Origin: Longimicrobiales bacterium
Lineage (GTDB): Bacteria > Gemmatimonadota > Gemmatimonadetes > Longimicrobiales > Gaopeijiaceae
Direction of reading: 5' to 3'
Length of the DNA stretch: 64,000 nucleotides
Assembly: GCA_965202805.1 (NCBI GenBank)
Contig: OZ241869.1
Span: 3,904,001-3,968,000 of the forward strand
A model generated the notes under the pieces. That model did not search any database. It had not been told where the DNA came from and saw only the letters and a list, made by a program, of their open reading frames with translations. Each line of letters starts with the position of its first letter. Within the stretch, counting starts at the first letter, position 1. The position numbers were made by a program, and so were the translations under genes. Positions 38,497-48,017 of this stretch are shown piece after piece.

Positions 38497-39963
38497 ATGA
38501 GCTTCGAACTCCTCCTCGACCCGGCCCTCCTTCTGCCCCTCGTCGCCGGCTCCCTCCTGGGCATCGCCGTCGGCGCCATCCCCGGCCTCACCGCCACCCT
38601 GGCCATCGCCCTGCTGCTGCCGCTCACCTACCAGCTCTCGGCCGAGAGCGCGATCGTGATGATGATCGGGATCTTCACCGGCGGCCTCTACGGCGGGTCC
38701 GTCGCGGCCATCGCGCTCTGCATCCCGGGCGCGCCGGCCAACGCCATGACGATGCTCGACGGCCACGCGATGGCGCTTCAGGGCCGCACCGGCACTGCCA
38801 TCGGCATCGCCACCTTCAGCTCCGTCGTGGGGGGCCTGGCCGGCGGCGTGGTCCTGGTCCTCTTCAGCCCGCAGCTGGCCCGGATGGCGCTCCGCTTCCA
38901 GTCCCCCGAGATGTTCGCCCTGGTAGTCCTGGCGCTGGTCGCGGTCGCGACGGTCTCGCGCGAATCACTCACCAGGGGGATGGCCGCCACGGTCATCGGC
39001 GTGATGCTCTCGACCATCGGCATCGACCCGCTGGTGCCGGTGCCGCGCTACACCCTGGGCTCGGTGGACCTGCTCGTCGGCCTCCCGCTCATTCCGGTCG
39101 TGATCGGCATCTTCGCCATGACCGAACTGTTCCATCAGGCCGGACGGCCGCCCTCACGAGCCCACGAGCATCCGTCGGCGCGGTCCGACGGCGTCTTCGC
39201 ATGGTGGCGGGAAGTGCGGCGAGTGGGATGGAAGCCCTTCGTCAAGAACTCGGTGATCGGGACCTCGGTCGGCGCCCTGCCCGGAGCCGGAGCCGCGATG
39301 GCCGCCTTCTTCGCCTACAGCGAGGCCCGCCGCAGTTCGCGCCACCCCGAACGCTTCGGAAAGGGCGCGCCCGAGGGCATCGTCGCCCCGGAGGTGGCGA
39401 ACAACGCCGTGACCGGGGGAGCGCTCATCCCGCTGCTCGCGCTGGGCATCCCCGGCGACGCGGTGACGGCCGTGATTCTGGGCGGGCTTGTAATACACGG
39501 TATTACGCCCGGCCCGCAACTCTTCACCGCGGCTGCGGGTCTCGTCGCGCCGCTCTTCGCCGCCTACTTCGCCAGCTACCTGCTGATCCTGGTGTTCGGC
39601 CTGACACTGCTTCCCCTCTACGCGCGCATCACGCGCGTGCCGCGGAGCGTGCTGTTCTCGGCCATCGCACCGCTGGCCGTCGTCGCCGCCTTCACCTCCG
39701 AGCGAACCACCTTCGCCATCTACGTCGCCGTGGGCATCGGCGTCCTCGGCTACGTCCTGCGCCGCTTCGGCTATCCGGTAATCCCCGTGCTGCTGGGCCT
39801 GATCCTGGGTCCGATGCTCGAGTCCAACTTCCGTCGCGCGCTGATCCTCTCCGAGGGCGATCCCCTCATCTTCATCTCATCGCCCATCAGCGTGGGGCTC
39901 CTGCTCGCCGCTGCCGCCTTCCTTCTCTACGTCGTGCGGGGACAGCGGAAAGCACAGGCTTAG
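38497..39963 (+). CDS. tctA: Tripartite tricarboxylate transporter permease TctA
   Basis: GAIPGL, YGGS, IPG, EGIVAPEVANNA, LGIPGD, ILGPMLE.NFRRAL. Confidence 0.95.
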   Translation: MSFELLLDPALLLPLVAGSLLGIAVGAIPGLTATLAIALLLPLTYQLSAESAIVMMIGIFTGGLYGGSVAAIALCIPGAPANAMTMLDGHAMALQGRTGTAIGIATFSSVVGGLAGGVVLVLFSPQLARMALRFQSPEMFALVVLALVAVATVSRESLTRGMAATVIGVMLSTIGIDPLVPVPRYTLGSVDLLVGLPLIPVVIGIFAMTELFHQAGRPPSRAHEHPSARSDGVFAWWREVRRVGWKPFVKNSVIGTSVGALPGAGAAMAAFFAYSEARRSSRHPERFGKGAPEGIVAPEVANNAVTGGALIPLLALGIPGDAVTAVILGGLVIHGITPGPQLFTAAAGLVAPLFAAYFASYLLILVFGLTLLPLYARITRVPRSVLFSAIAPLAVVAAFTSERTTFAIYVAVGIGVLGYVLRRFGYPVIPVLLGLILGPMLESNFRRALILSEGDPLIFISSPISVGLLLAAAAFLLYVVRGQRKAQA

Positions 39964-40035
39964 CCGCCCGCGGAACAGGCCTGGCCGCCCGGGAAAGCCT
40001 GTGACGCTCCGCGGGTCCGCACGCCCCGAACCCGG

Positions 40036-41670
40036 CTATCCCGCCGGATCCGGCGCCCGCTCCCGGTGAAACTCAGTCACCGCCTGGTACGCCGCGATCA
40101 CCGCAAGCAGCCGCTCCTCGCCGAAGGGAGGCGCGCCGAGCGTGGCCCCGCGCGGTACCCGCGCCCCCGTGGTTTCGTCGGTGTCGAAGCCGATGGGCGT
40201 GCACGCGAGCGGCAGCCCGACCCCGTCGAACGCACCGCCCGCGCTCGTGACCACGACATCGCACTGGTTGAAGAGCTGCGTGACCATGCGATGGCGCAGG
40301 AGGTTTCGCGCCTGCTGCACCTTCACGTAGGTGTCGGCGCTCTGGAGCATGCCGTTGAGGAAGCGCGGCAGGCGGTCGGCGAAGTTGCGAACGTCCTCTC
40401 GCAGGTGCTCGATGAAGAAGGCGGTGGGATCACCGTGGGAGCCCCCCAGCGGCGGTGAAGTGAGCTCCTCCCACTCATCCGGAAGGGTCACGTCCGGTAC
40501 GATGGTCACCGCCGGGTTGCGCTCGAGTTCCTCGAGGAAGTCGCGCCTGAGCTGGTTCACCCGCTCGTTGTCCCCCTCGAGATACTCCGGCCAGACGCCG
40601 ATCCGGGTGGGCCAGCGGACACGGGGTCGCTCGCCCCCGAACGGCGTCGCCGCCAGCGCGTAGTTGGGCGGCCGCGGCAGCCCGAGCGTCCGCGGATCGT
40701 TCGGATCCGGCTGGGCGCATACCTGGAGCAGGATGGCGGCGTCCATGGCGTCGCGCGCCATCACGCCGACGTGGTCGCGCGTGTAGCTGAGCGGGATGAT
40801 GCCGTGCAGGGAGATGCGCCCGAACGTGGGCTTGACCGCCGTCAGCCCCTGCGCGTTGGAGGGGCCGATCACCGAGCCGCCGGTCTGTGTCCCGAGCCCG
40901 GCCACCGCGAGGCGGGCCGCCACGGCCGTTCCGGTGCCCGACGAGGATCCGGACGGGCTGTAGCGCACGTCGTCCGGGGTCCAGGCGTTGCGCGTCGTCG
41001 GCGTGGTGGTCCCGTACACGCGCGCCCTGCCCCCGGCTAGGTTGCCCATCTGCGCCTTGCCCACGACGAGGCCTCCCGCCGCGCGCATCAGCGAGACGCA
41101 GGTGGCGTCGTAGTCGGGCTGGAAGCCCTCGAAGACCAGCGACCCGCCCTCGGTCAGCAGATCCGCCGTGTAGCAGTTGTCCTTGGGCGCGAGGCACATG
41201 CCCCGGAGCGGGGCACGGCGTTCGTCGTCGGTCGTCCGGGCCAGCTGCGCCAGGAGCGTCTCGCGCGACGGACGGTCGGCATAGGCCTGGTACGTTCCCT
41301 CGAAGGCCTCGATGCGGTCGACGTACGCCTCGACCAGGTCCCGCGGATCGAGGGCGCCCGTGCGGATCAGCGTCATCGACTCCGACATGGTGAGCTGCGT
41401 GAGGTCGTCGACCTCCTGCAGCCGGATGTCCGCCCCGAAGGCTTCCGGCGTCACTGCCGGGCCGCGCGGGCTGGCGACGGCGGGCGCGCGAGCCAGCAGG
41501 GTGCCGGTGGCGGCCGCCGAAGAGACCCAGGCCATCCGCTCCAGGAACCAGCGCCGCGAGACCCGCTCGTCCTGGGGGGCGGGAGCCTCGCTGGCGCCGG
41601 CGCTCACCTTGCGGTCCGCCCCGGGCCCGGTCCGCGCGCCTCCGGTCCCCGTGCGGGCACCCCCGCTCAT
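40036..41670 (-). CDS. Amidase-signature family enzyme with twin-arginine signal
   Basis: SRRWFL; APKDN (Lys), SGSSSG (cis-Ser), GTQTGGS (Ser nucleophile), KPTFGRIS. Confidence 0.85.
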   Translation of the reverse strand: MSGGARTGTGGARTGPGADRKVSAGASEAPAPQDERVSRRWFLERMAWVSSAAATGTLLARAPAVASPRGPAVTPEAFGADIRLQEVDDLTQLTMSESMTLIRTGALDPRDLVEAYVDRIEAFEGTYQAYADRPSRETLLAQLARTTDDERRAPLRGMCLAPKDNCYTADLLTEGGSLVFEGFQPDYDATCVSLMRAAGGLVVGKAQMGNLAGGRARVYGTTTPTTRNAWTPDDVRYSPSGSSSGTGTAVAARLAVAGLGTQTGGSVIGPSNAQGLTAVKPTFGRISLHGIIPLSYTRDHVGVMARDAMDAAILLQVCAQPDPNDPRTLGLPRPPNYALAATPFGGERPRVRWPTRIGVWPEYLEGDNERVNQLRRDFLEELERNPAVTIVPDVTLPDEWEELTSPPLGGSHGDPTAFFIEHLREDVRNFADRLPRFLNGMLQSADTYVKVQQARNLLRHRMVTQLFNQCDVVVTSAGGAFDGVGLPLACTPIGFDTDETTGARVPRGATLGAPPFGEERLLAVIAAYQAVTEFHRERAPDPAG

Positions 41671-41936
41671 GACCCCTCCTCGGTCCATGCCACAAACGGC
41701 GCCGGAAAGGCGTTCGGCAGGTTGAACTGGGGATCGATGTGGAAGTTGGCGGCCTCCACATCCTGGCGGAGGATCGAGCGTCCGTTCTCGAGGAGCCGCT
41801 CCTGATCCATGGGCGCATCCTCATCCGACTCCGGAAGCACCGAGATGTCGATCCCGAGGAGCCTGTAGCGCGTCAGAATGCAGGCGTTGAGTTCTTCGTC
41901 CGTGGGTTCGGGCGGAGTCTGGGGTCGTGGGCGCAT
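41667..41936 (-). CDS. Small acidic protein, candidate amidase partner (GatC/AtzG/HpxX-like by position)
   Basis: GAGGAGG RBS; 89 aa; ATGA overlap with the amidase start. Confidence 0.6.
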   Translation of the reverse strand: MRPRPQTPPEPTDEELNACILTRYRLLGIDISVLPESDEDAPMDQERLLENGRSILRQDVEAANFHIDPQFNLPNAFPAPFVAWTEEGS

Positions 41937-41949
41937 GGGTCGATCCTCC

Positions 41950-43782
41950 TCACCATCCAATCACATAGTCGCTCTTCGCCGGGCTCACGCCGCCGTACAT
42001 GACGCCGGTCTCCGGGTCGATCATCACCATCTTCACCGCTCCGGCTCCGGACGCCGCCTGCCGGTAGGGCTGCTGCAGCGGGCTCACCTCCACCCGGTGG
42101 CCGAGCGCCGCCAGTGCCTCGCCCGCCCCCTGGTAGAGCACCTCCGGCATCGTCAGCATGCCCCGCATGCGCCCCGGATACATCGACGCGCGGAAGGCCG
42201 TGCTGGTCACCGTGGGCGCCTCCACCGCCTGCTGCACGTTCATGCCGAAATGCACCACCGCGAGGAACGCCTGCAGCATCGCCTGCGGCTGGTTGTCGCC
42301 CCCGGGGGTGTTCCACGCCAGGTACGGCCGGCCGTCCTTCAGGGCCAGCGCCGGATTGATGGTGTGGCGGGTGCGCTTGCCCGGCTCGAGCACGTTCACG
42401 TCGTCGCGCTCGAGGCCGTAGTAGGGCATGCGGTTGTTGAGGAAGTAGCCGCCGCCCGGCACGACCATGCCGCTGCCGAAGCTCGAGTTCACGCTGTGCG
42501 TCACCGAAACCAGGTTCCCGAAGCGGTCCGCGATGGAGAACGACGAGGTCTCGCCATCCTCGCGATAGAGGACTTCGGGGCGCGAGACGTCCTGAGCTCC
42601 GCTCTCGTACTCGACGCCGTCTCCGTCCGCCACCGCGGCCATCCTCCGCGGATCCCCGGCCGGCGCCACGCTCATCGCCCGGTCCATGCGGATGAGCCCG
42701 CGGCGCGCCGCCGCGTATTCCTTCGACAGCAACTCCTCCGTGGGCACGTCGCTGAAGCTCGGATCGGCCACGTATCGGTTCCTGTCGGCGAAGGCAAGCT
42801 TCATCGCCTCCGTCACCACATGCACGTACTCGGCGGAGTTGTGGCCCATCGCCTCCAGGTCGAAGCCCTCGAGGATGTTGAGCGCCATGAGCATCACGAT
42901 GCCCTGCGAGTTGGGCGCGCTCTGGTAGACGTCGAGGTCCTCGTAGCTCACCTGGATCGGCTCCGCCTCCTCGGCCTCGTAGCCCGCGAGGTCCTCGTAG
43001 CGAAGCAGCCCGCCCTGCTCCTCGTAGTAGTCGGCGCTCATCCGGGCCAGCCGTCCCCTGTAGAAGGCGTCCGCGCCCTCGCGCGCGATCTCTTCCAGCG
43101 ATCGCGCCAGATCCTCCTGCACGTAGAGATCCCCCACGCCGAGCAGTCGCCCACCCGGCATCAGCAACTCCCGCGAGGCGGGGTAGGGGGAGATCTTCTC
43201 GACCGAACGCTCGTGATGGCCGGCAACCCAGAAGTCGAGGGGATGGCCCTGGCGCGCGGCGCGGATCGCGGGAGCCAGCACCTGTTCCCGGGGCAGGCTG
43301 CCGTAGCGTGAGTGCGCCAGCTCGAAGGCGCCCACCGCCCCGGGGACGTCCGTCGACAGGGGCCCGGCGCTCGGGATCCCGCCCTGTTCCTCGTAGAACT
43401 CCCGCGTCGCGAGCGCGGGCGCGTACCCGGTTCCATTAACGAAGAGGACGCGGTCCTCCGCGGCGAGGTAGGCGACCATGAAGGCGTCGCCCCCGATGCC
43501 CGCCTGGTGCTGCTCCACGACGGTCGTCATGTAGAAGACCGCCGACGCGGCGTCGAAGGCGTTGCCGCCCGCGCGCAGCACCTCTTCGGCGGCCAGGGCC
43601 TCCAGCGGATGCTCCGCCGCGACCATGGCCTCGGTGCCCAGAATGACCGGGCGCCAGACGGGCCGGTCGGATGCCTCCTGGGCGACCGCGGGAGGCGCCA
43701 CGGCAGCGGAGAGCAGCAGGATGCCGATCGCGGGAAGGGCGCGCGCGGCGTACCGGACGGCGGTGCGGTGGATTGCGTTCAT
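41950..43782 (-). CDS. ggt: Gamma-glutamyltransferase family (Ntn hydrolase), secreted
   Basis: AGGAGG RBS; signal AVA-QE; GGNAFDAA, GIGGD, PNSQG, ETSSFSIAD (Thr nucleophile), LNNRM, TPGG. Confidence 0.9.
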   Translation of the reverse strand: MNAIHRTAVRYAARALPAIGILLLSAAVAPPAVAQEASDRPVWRPVILGTEAMVAAEHPLEALAAEEVLRAGGNAFDAASAVFYMTTVVEQHQAGIGGDAFMVAYLAAEDRVLFVNGTGYAPALATREFYEEQGGIPSAGPLSTDVPGAVGAFELAHSRYGSLPREQVLAPAIRAARQGHPLDFWVAGHHERSVEKISPYPASRELLMPGGRLLGVGDLYVQEDLARSLEEIAREGADAFYRGRLARMSADYYEEQGGLLRYEDLAGYEAEEAEPIQVSYEDLDVYQSAPNSQGIVMLMALNILEGFDLEAMGHNSAEYVHVVTEAMKLAFADRNRYVADPSFSDVPTEELLSKEYAAARRGLIRMDRAMSVAPAGDPRRMAAVADGDGVEYESGAQDVSRPEVLYREDGETSSFSIADRFGNLVSVTHSVNSSFGSGMVVPGGGYFLNNRMPYYGLERDDVNVLEPGKRTRHTINPALALKDGRPYLAWNTPGGDNQPQAMLQAFLAVVHFGMNVQQAVEAPTVTSTAFRASMYPGRMRGMLTMPEVLYQGAGEALAALGHRVEVSPLQQPYRQAASGAGAVKMVMIDPETGVMYGGVSPAKSDYVIGW

Positions 43783-43936
43783 GGCGTCGCCTCCTGGCGG
43801 GATTTCGGCGTTGACAGGCCGGAGGATGGGCAGATAGTTTCGCACTGCATGAAGTAGCGCGCGCGGGGCGTGCTCGCTAGAGTTCCGTCTGCCCGGGCAC
43901 TGCGCCCGGTCGAATCCCGACACAAGGAAGGCTTCG

Positions 43937-44644
43937 GTGGCCAACGACCAATTCGGACTCCTGACCCTCTTCGCCGACGGCGGATTCATGATGTATCCGC
44001 TGGTTCTGTGCTCGCTTATCGCGCTCGGCGTGATGATCGCCAAGTTCTGGACCCTCTGGGCGGCCCACAAGGACACCGCAACGGTTCTGGCGGAGGTCGA
44101 CGAATTGGCTCGCGCCGGGGAGATCGACGCAGCCATCGCGGCGGCGGGCTCCAAGCGGGGTCCGGCGTCGGCCATCCTCATGGCCGGGTTGCGGCGCATC
44201 AAGGGGCGCGAGATCGGCGAGGGCGAGATCGAGCAGGCCGTCAGCACCGTCGGAACCATCGAGCTCGGCTTTCTGGAGCGCGGGCTGGTGGTGCTTGCAA
44301 CCATCGCCAACGTGGCCCCCCTCATGGGCTTCCTCGGCACGGTGGCGGGCATGATTCTGGCCTTCGCGTCGATCGAGGCCGCTGGCAGCGTCGATCCCGC
44401 GCTCGTCGCCGGCGGGATCAAGGTGGCGCTCCTCACCACCGCATCGGGGCTTGCGATTGCGATTCCGGTCAACATCGGATACAACTTCTTCGTCACGCGG
44501 ATCGACAAGCTGATCGTCGACATGGAGCAGGGGACGCAGGCGATCCTGAACGTCACCTGGGACCTGGAGAACGCCGGCCAGTTGACCGTGGTAGCCAGGG
44601 ATCCGATCACTGCGCTCTCACCACCCCCGCCGAGTCTCCCCTGA
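43937..44644 (+). CDS. exbB: MotA/TolQ/ExbB proton channel protein
   Basis: GGFMMYPL, APLMGFLGTVAGMI, GIKVALLTTASGL. Confidence 0.95.
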   Translation: MANDQFGLLTLFADGGFMMYPLVLCSLIALGVMIAKFWTLWAAHKDTATVLAEVDELARAGEIDAAIAAAGSKRGPASAILMAGLRRIKGREIGEGEIEQAVSTVGTIELGFLERGLVVLATIANVAPLMGFLGTVAGMILAFASIEAAGSVDPALVAGGIKVALLTTASGLAIAIPVNIGYNFFVTRIDKLIVDMEQGTQAILNVTWDLENAGQLTVVARDPITALSPPPPSLP

Positions 44645-44726
44645 GGCGGGCGTGACGGGAACGATACGGCGAACGAATTGGTAGACTAAGGATTACGGAA
44701 CAGCCGCGAACGGCGGGAGGTTGAAG

Positions 44727-45152
44727 ATGGCCGTACTGCAGAACAAGAAATCCAAGGTCAGCGACGAGGTCCCCACCTCGTCGATGGCGGACATCGCCTT
44801 CCTGCTGCTCATCTTCTTTCTGGTGACTACGGTCTTCCCGAAGGACAGCGGGCTGGCCGTGGTGCTTCCCGAGTCCGCCGAAGAGGTCCAGGTGAGCCAG
44901 CGCAACATCCTGCACCTCTCGGTCCTCCCCAACGGTCTGGTGGACGTGAAGCGGGGAGAGAGCACGCAGATTCAGCAGGTGCGGGCCAACGACGTGGAAG
45001 CCATCTGGCGTCAGGGGGTCACCGAGAACCCCAACCTGATCGCCGCGGTCAAGACCCACCCGAACGCGCCCTACAGGTTCATGGTGGATGTTCTCGACGC
45101 CCTGCAGACCGCCGGGGCGGAACGCATTTCCCTGCAGCTGCTGGAGGATTGA
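44727..45152 (+). CDS. exbD: Biopolymer transporter ExbD (copy 1)
   Basis: SSMADIAFLLLIFFLVTT. Confidence 0.9.
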   Translation: MAVLQNKKSKVSDEVPTSSMADIAFLLLIFFLVTTVFPKDSGLAVVLPESAEEVQVSQRNILHLSVLPNGLVDVKRGESTQIQQVRANDVEAIWRQGVTENPNLIAAVKTHPNAPYRFMVDVLDALQTAGAERISLQLLED

Positions 45153-45155
45153 CCG

Positions 45156-45605
45156 ATGGCTATCAAGGCGGGCGGATTCTCGCGCAAATCGAAGGCCTCC
45201 GACGAGATCCCTTCTTCGTCGCTGGCCGACATCGCCTTCCTGCTTCTGATCTTCTTCATGGTCACCACCGTCTTCCGCACCAGCAAGGAGCGGCCCATTG
45301 AGTGGGCGCAGGCGGCGGCCAGCGAGAAGATCGACGAGAAGCGGGAAGACATCATGCACGTGTGGGTCGAGCGCAACGGCGATGTCTGGGTGAACGACCG
45401 CGAAATCACTATGTCCACCCTGTCCAACATCGTCGCGCCGGCGTACGCGGCGTCGGACCGGCGCCTGGTGATTTCCTTGCGCGCGGACACGGACGTGCCC
45501 TATCAGTTCGTGAATCAGGTTCAGGAAGAGTTGCAGGAAGCAAACGTGGTCCGGGTCGTATTCGCGACCGAGTTGGAACGACGCATGACGAGGGAGAGAC
45601 GATGA
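45156..45605 (+). CDS. exbD: Biopolymer transporter ExbD (copy 2)
   Basis: SSLADIAFLLLIFFMVTT, LRAD..VPY. Confidence 0.9.
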   Translation: MAIKAGGFSRKSKASDEIPSSSLADIAFLLLIFFMVTTVFRTSKERPIEWAQAAASEKIDEKREDIMHVWVERNGDVWVNDREITMSTLSNIVAPAYAASDRRLVISLRADTDVPYQFVNQVQEELQEANVVRVVFATELERRMTRERR

Positions 45606-46288
45606 GCGACACCGACTTCGAAGTACAGCAGGACGCCGTCCCGCACGAGACCGCGAACGACCGCTTCAAGAAGTCGTTCAACACCTGGTTCTGGGGATCG
45701 GTGCTGGCCGCGACCGCGGTTCACTTCGCGATGTTCATGTTCTGGCCGACATTGACCGCGGAGGACGTCTCCTTCGATTCCGAGGAGCTCGTGGCGATCG
45801 AACTCCCGCCCGAGATCGAGATTCCGCCGCCGCCCCAGGCGATCAGCCGGCCCGCGACCCCCGTGATCGCCGCGGCCGACATCAGCGAGGACATCACGAT
45901 CGCGCCGACCACCTTCGAGGACAATCCGGTCGAGGAGCTGCCTCCTCCGCCGGACGAGGAGGCCGTCGACATCTCCGCGGCGCCGACGTTCACCCCCTAT
46001 ACGGTCCGCCCCGACCTCACCAACGAGCGCGAGGTGCAGCGCGCGCTGGAGCGGGAGTACCCCCCGATCCTGCGTGACGCGGGCATCGGCGGGACCGTGA
46101 ACGTGCACTTCTTCATCGACGAGGAAGGCATGGTGCAGAGAACGCTGGTGGCGCAGACTTCGGGACACGCTTCCCTCGACGAGGCGGCGTTGCGCGTGGC
46201 CAACGTCTTCCGGTTCACGCCGGCGCTCAACCTGGACAAGATCGTGCCCGTGTGGATCGCGATTCCCATTACCTTCCAGACGCGTTAG
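45602..46288 (+). CDS. tonB: Energy transducer TonB
   Basis: TM helix with His, Pro-rich spacer, YP...GIGGTV.V.F.ID..G, SGH..LDEAA. Confidence 0.9.
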   Translation: MSDTDFEVQQDAVPHETANDRFKKSFNTWFWGSVLAATAVHFAMFMFWPTLTAEDVSFDSEELVAIELPPEIEIPPPPQAISRPATPVIAAADISEDITIAPTTFEDNPVEELPPPPDEEAVDISAAPTFTPYTVRPDLTNEREVQRALEREYPPILRDAGIGGTVNVHFFIDEEGMVQRTLVAQTSGHASLDEAALRVANVFRFTPALNLDKIVPVWIAIPITFQTR

Positions 46289-46313
46289 TCGCTTCGGACG
46301 GTCCGAGCCGGAC

Positions 46314-46348
46314 AGGAACCCCGCCGGAGCTTCCGGCGGGGTTCCTTT
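46314..46348 (+). terminator. Rho-independent terminator after tonB
   Basis: 15-bp stem AGGAACCCCGCCGGA-gct-TCCGGCGGGGTTCCT followed by a short T-rich tail. Confidence 0.8.
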
Positions 46349-46388
46349 GATTTATGGGCGACGGGCTCTTGGGCGACGGAATGGATCG

Positions 46389-47117
46389 ATGTATCCGGAA
46401 AGGCTGAAGGAGACGCTGCCGCGCGTCCGCGACGAGGTCGAGGAGGCCGCGCGCCTGAGCGGGCGCACCGGCGCCGACGTGACGCTGGTGGCGGTGACCA
46501 AGAGCCACCCGCTTGCGGCGGTGGAGGCGGCGCTCGGCGCCGGCATTCGGGACATCGGCGAGAACCGGGTGGAGGAGCTCCAGGCCAAGGTGGCGGCGCT
46601 GGAGGGCCGGCCGGCCCCGCGCTGGCACATGATCGGCCACCTGCAGCGCCGCAAGGCCCCCCGCGTGATCGGGATCTGCAACCTTCTGCACTCGGTGGAC
46701 ACGGTGCGGCTGGCGGAGCGGCTCGACCGCTTCGTGCCCGCCGGCGCCGCTCCGCTTCCGGTGCTGGTTCAGGTGAACACCTCCGGGGAGGTCGCCAAGA
46801 GCGGCCTTTCCCCCGAGGAAGCGCGGGAGGCCGTCCACCGGATCACCGGGTTGCCGGGGCTGGCGGTGCGCGGGCTCATGACCATGGCGCCGTTCACCGA
46901 TCGCGAGCGCGTGCTGCGCGACGCGTTCCGCACCCTGCGCCGGTTGCACGAGGAGCTTGGCTCGCTGGACGGATACCAGGGGGAACATCTGTCGATGGGA
47001 ATGACCAACGACTTCGGCATCGCCATAGAGGAGGGCAGCACGATGGTCCGGATCGGCACCGCGCTCCTGGGGCCGCGGCCGAAACCGCCCGCGCGGCGGG
47101 CAGGGGCGGCTGCATGA
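46389..47117 (+). CDS. yggS: YggS family pyridoxal phosphate homeostasis protein
   Basis: VAVTK, GENRVEE, WHMIGHLQ, GLMTMAP, LSMGMTND, MVRIGT. Confidence 0.95.
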   Translation: MYPERLKETLPRVRDEVEEAARLSGRTGADVTLVAVTKSHPLAAVEAALGAGIRDIGENRVEELQAKVAALEGRPAPRWHMIGHLQRRKAPRVIGICNLLHSVDTVRLAERLDRFVPAGAAPLPVLVQVNTSGEVAKSGLSPEEAREAVHRITGLPGLAVRGLMTMAPFTDRERVLRDAFRTLRRLHEELGSLDGYQGEHLSMGMTNDFGIAIEEGSTMVRIGTALLGPRPKPPARRAGAAA

Positions 47118-48010
47118 CGACGGCGGCGAGCACGGGCCCGGTCGGAGATCGGACCGAGGCGGACGCGGCGACCGGCATGGCCTCTGCGGCGGACCTGGTC
47201 GCCCGCATCGACGCGGCGGTTGCGGCCGTGCGCGCCCGGTCCGAGCTCAGGCCCAGGGCGGGAGTCGTGCTGGGCACCGGGCTGGGCGGCCTCGCGCGCG
47301 AAATCGACGTGGAGTGCTCCATCGACTACACCGCGCTGCCCCACTTCCCGGTATCGACCGTGGAGAGCCATGAGGGCCGCCTCCTGCTGGGTACGCTCGA
47401 CGGCGTCCCCGTGGTCGCCATGCAAGGCCGGTTCCACCGGTACGAGGGCTATACCCTCCAGCAGGTGACCTTTCCGATCAGGGTGATGGCCGCCCTGGGC
47501 GCGGACACCCTGGTGGTCTCGGCGGCCTGCGGCGGGATGGATCCCCTCTGGCCGGCGGGACAGCTGGTGGTGCTCGACGACCACATCAACCTCCTGGGCG
47601 ACAACCCGCTGGTGGGTCCCAACGCGGATGCGCTGGGCCCGCGCTTTCCGGACATGTCCGAGCCCTACGACCGGGGGCTCCAGCAGGTCGCCCTGGACGC
47701 CGCCCTCGCCCAGGGGATTCCGCTCGCCCGCGCGGTCTACGTGGCCGTGACCGGGCCCTGCCTGGAGACCCGGGCCGAGTACCGCATGCTGCGCGCCATG
47801 GGAGCGGACGTGGTGGGCATGTCCACCGTGCCCGAGGTCATCGTCGCGCGCCACATGGGCATGCGGGTGTGCGGCCTCTGCATCGTGACCGACGTCTGCC
47901 TCCCGGACGCGCTCGAGGAGGTCGACGTGCCGACCATCATCCGGGTCGCGATGGAGGCGGAGCCCGGTCTCACCGCGGTGGCCCGCGCAGTCATCGCATC
48001 GCTGGCGTAG
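47114..48010 (+). CDS. punA: Purine-nucleoside phosphorylase
   Basis: LGTGLG, QGRFHRYEG, GPRFPDMS, ETRAEY, VGMSTVPE; Asp (VTD) at the usual Asn position. Confidence 0.9.
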   Translation: MTTAASTGPVGDRTEADAATGMASAADLVARIDAAVAAVRARSELRPRAGVVLGTGLGGLAREIDVECSIDYTALPHFPVSTVESHEGRLLLGTLDGVPVVAMQGRFHRYEGYTLQQVTFPIRVMAALGADTLVVSAACGGMDPLWPAGQLVVLDDHINLLGDNPLVGPNADALGPRFPDMSEPYDRGLQQVALDAALAQGIPLARAVYVAVTGPCLETRAEYRMLRAMGADVVGMSTVPEVIVARHMGMRVCGLCIVTDVCLPDALEEVDVPTIIRVAMEAEPGLTAVARAVIASLA

Positions 48011-48017
48011 CGGCCCA

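Noticed and set aside
40036..41936. gatC-gatA of the Glu-tRNA amidotransferase
   Set aside because: No gatB adjacent, and the amidase has a Tat signal, which is incompatible with tRNA transamidation.
43783..44610. Apparent 276-aa N-terminal extension of the GGT
   Set aside because: Antisense to exbB; the real start is ATG 43782 with an AGGAGG RBS and signal peptide.
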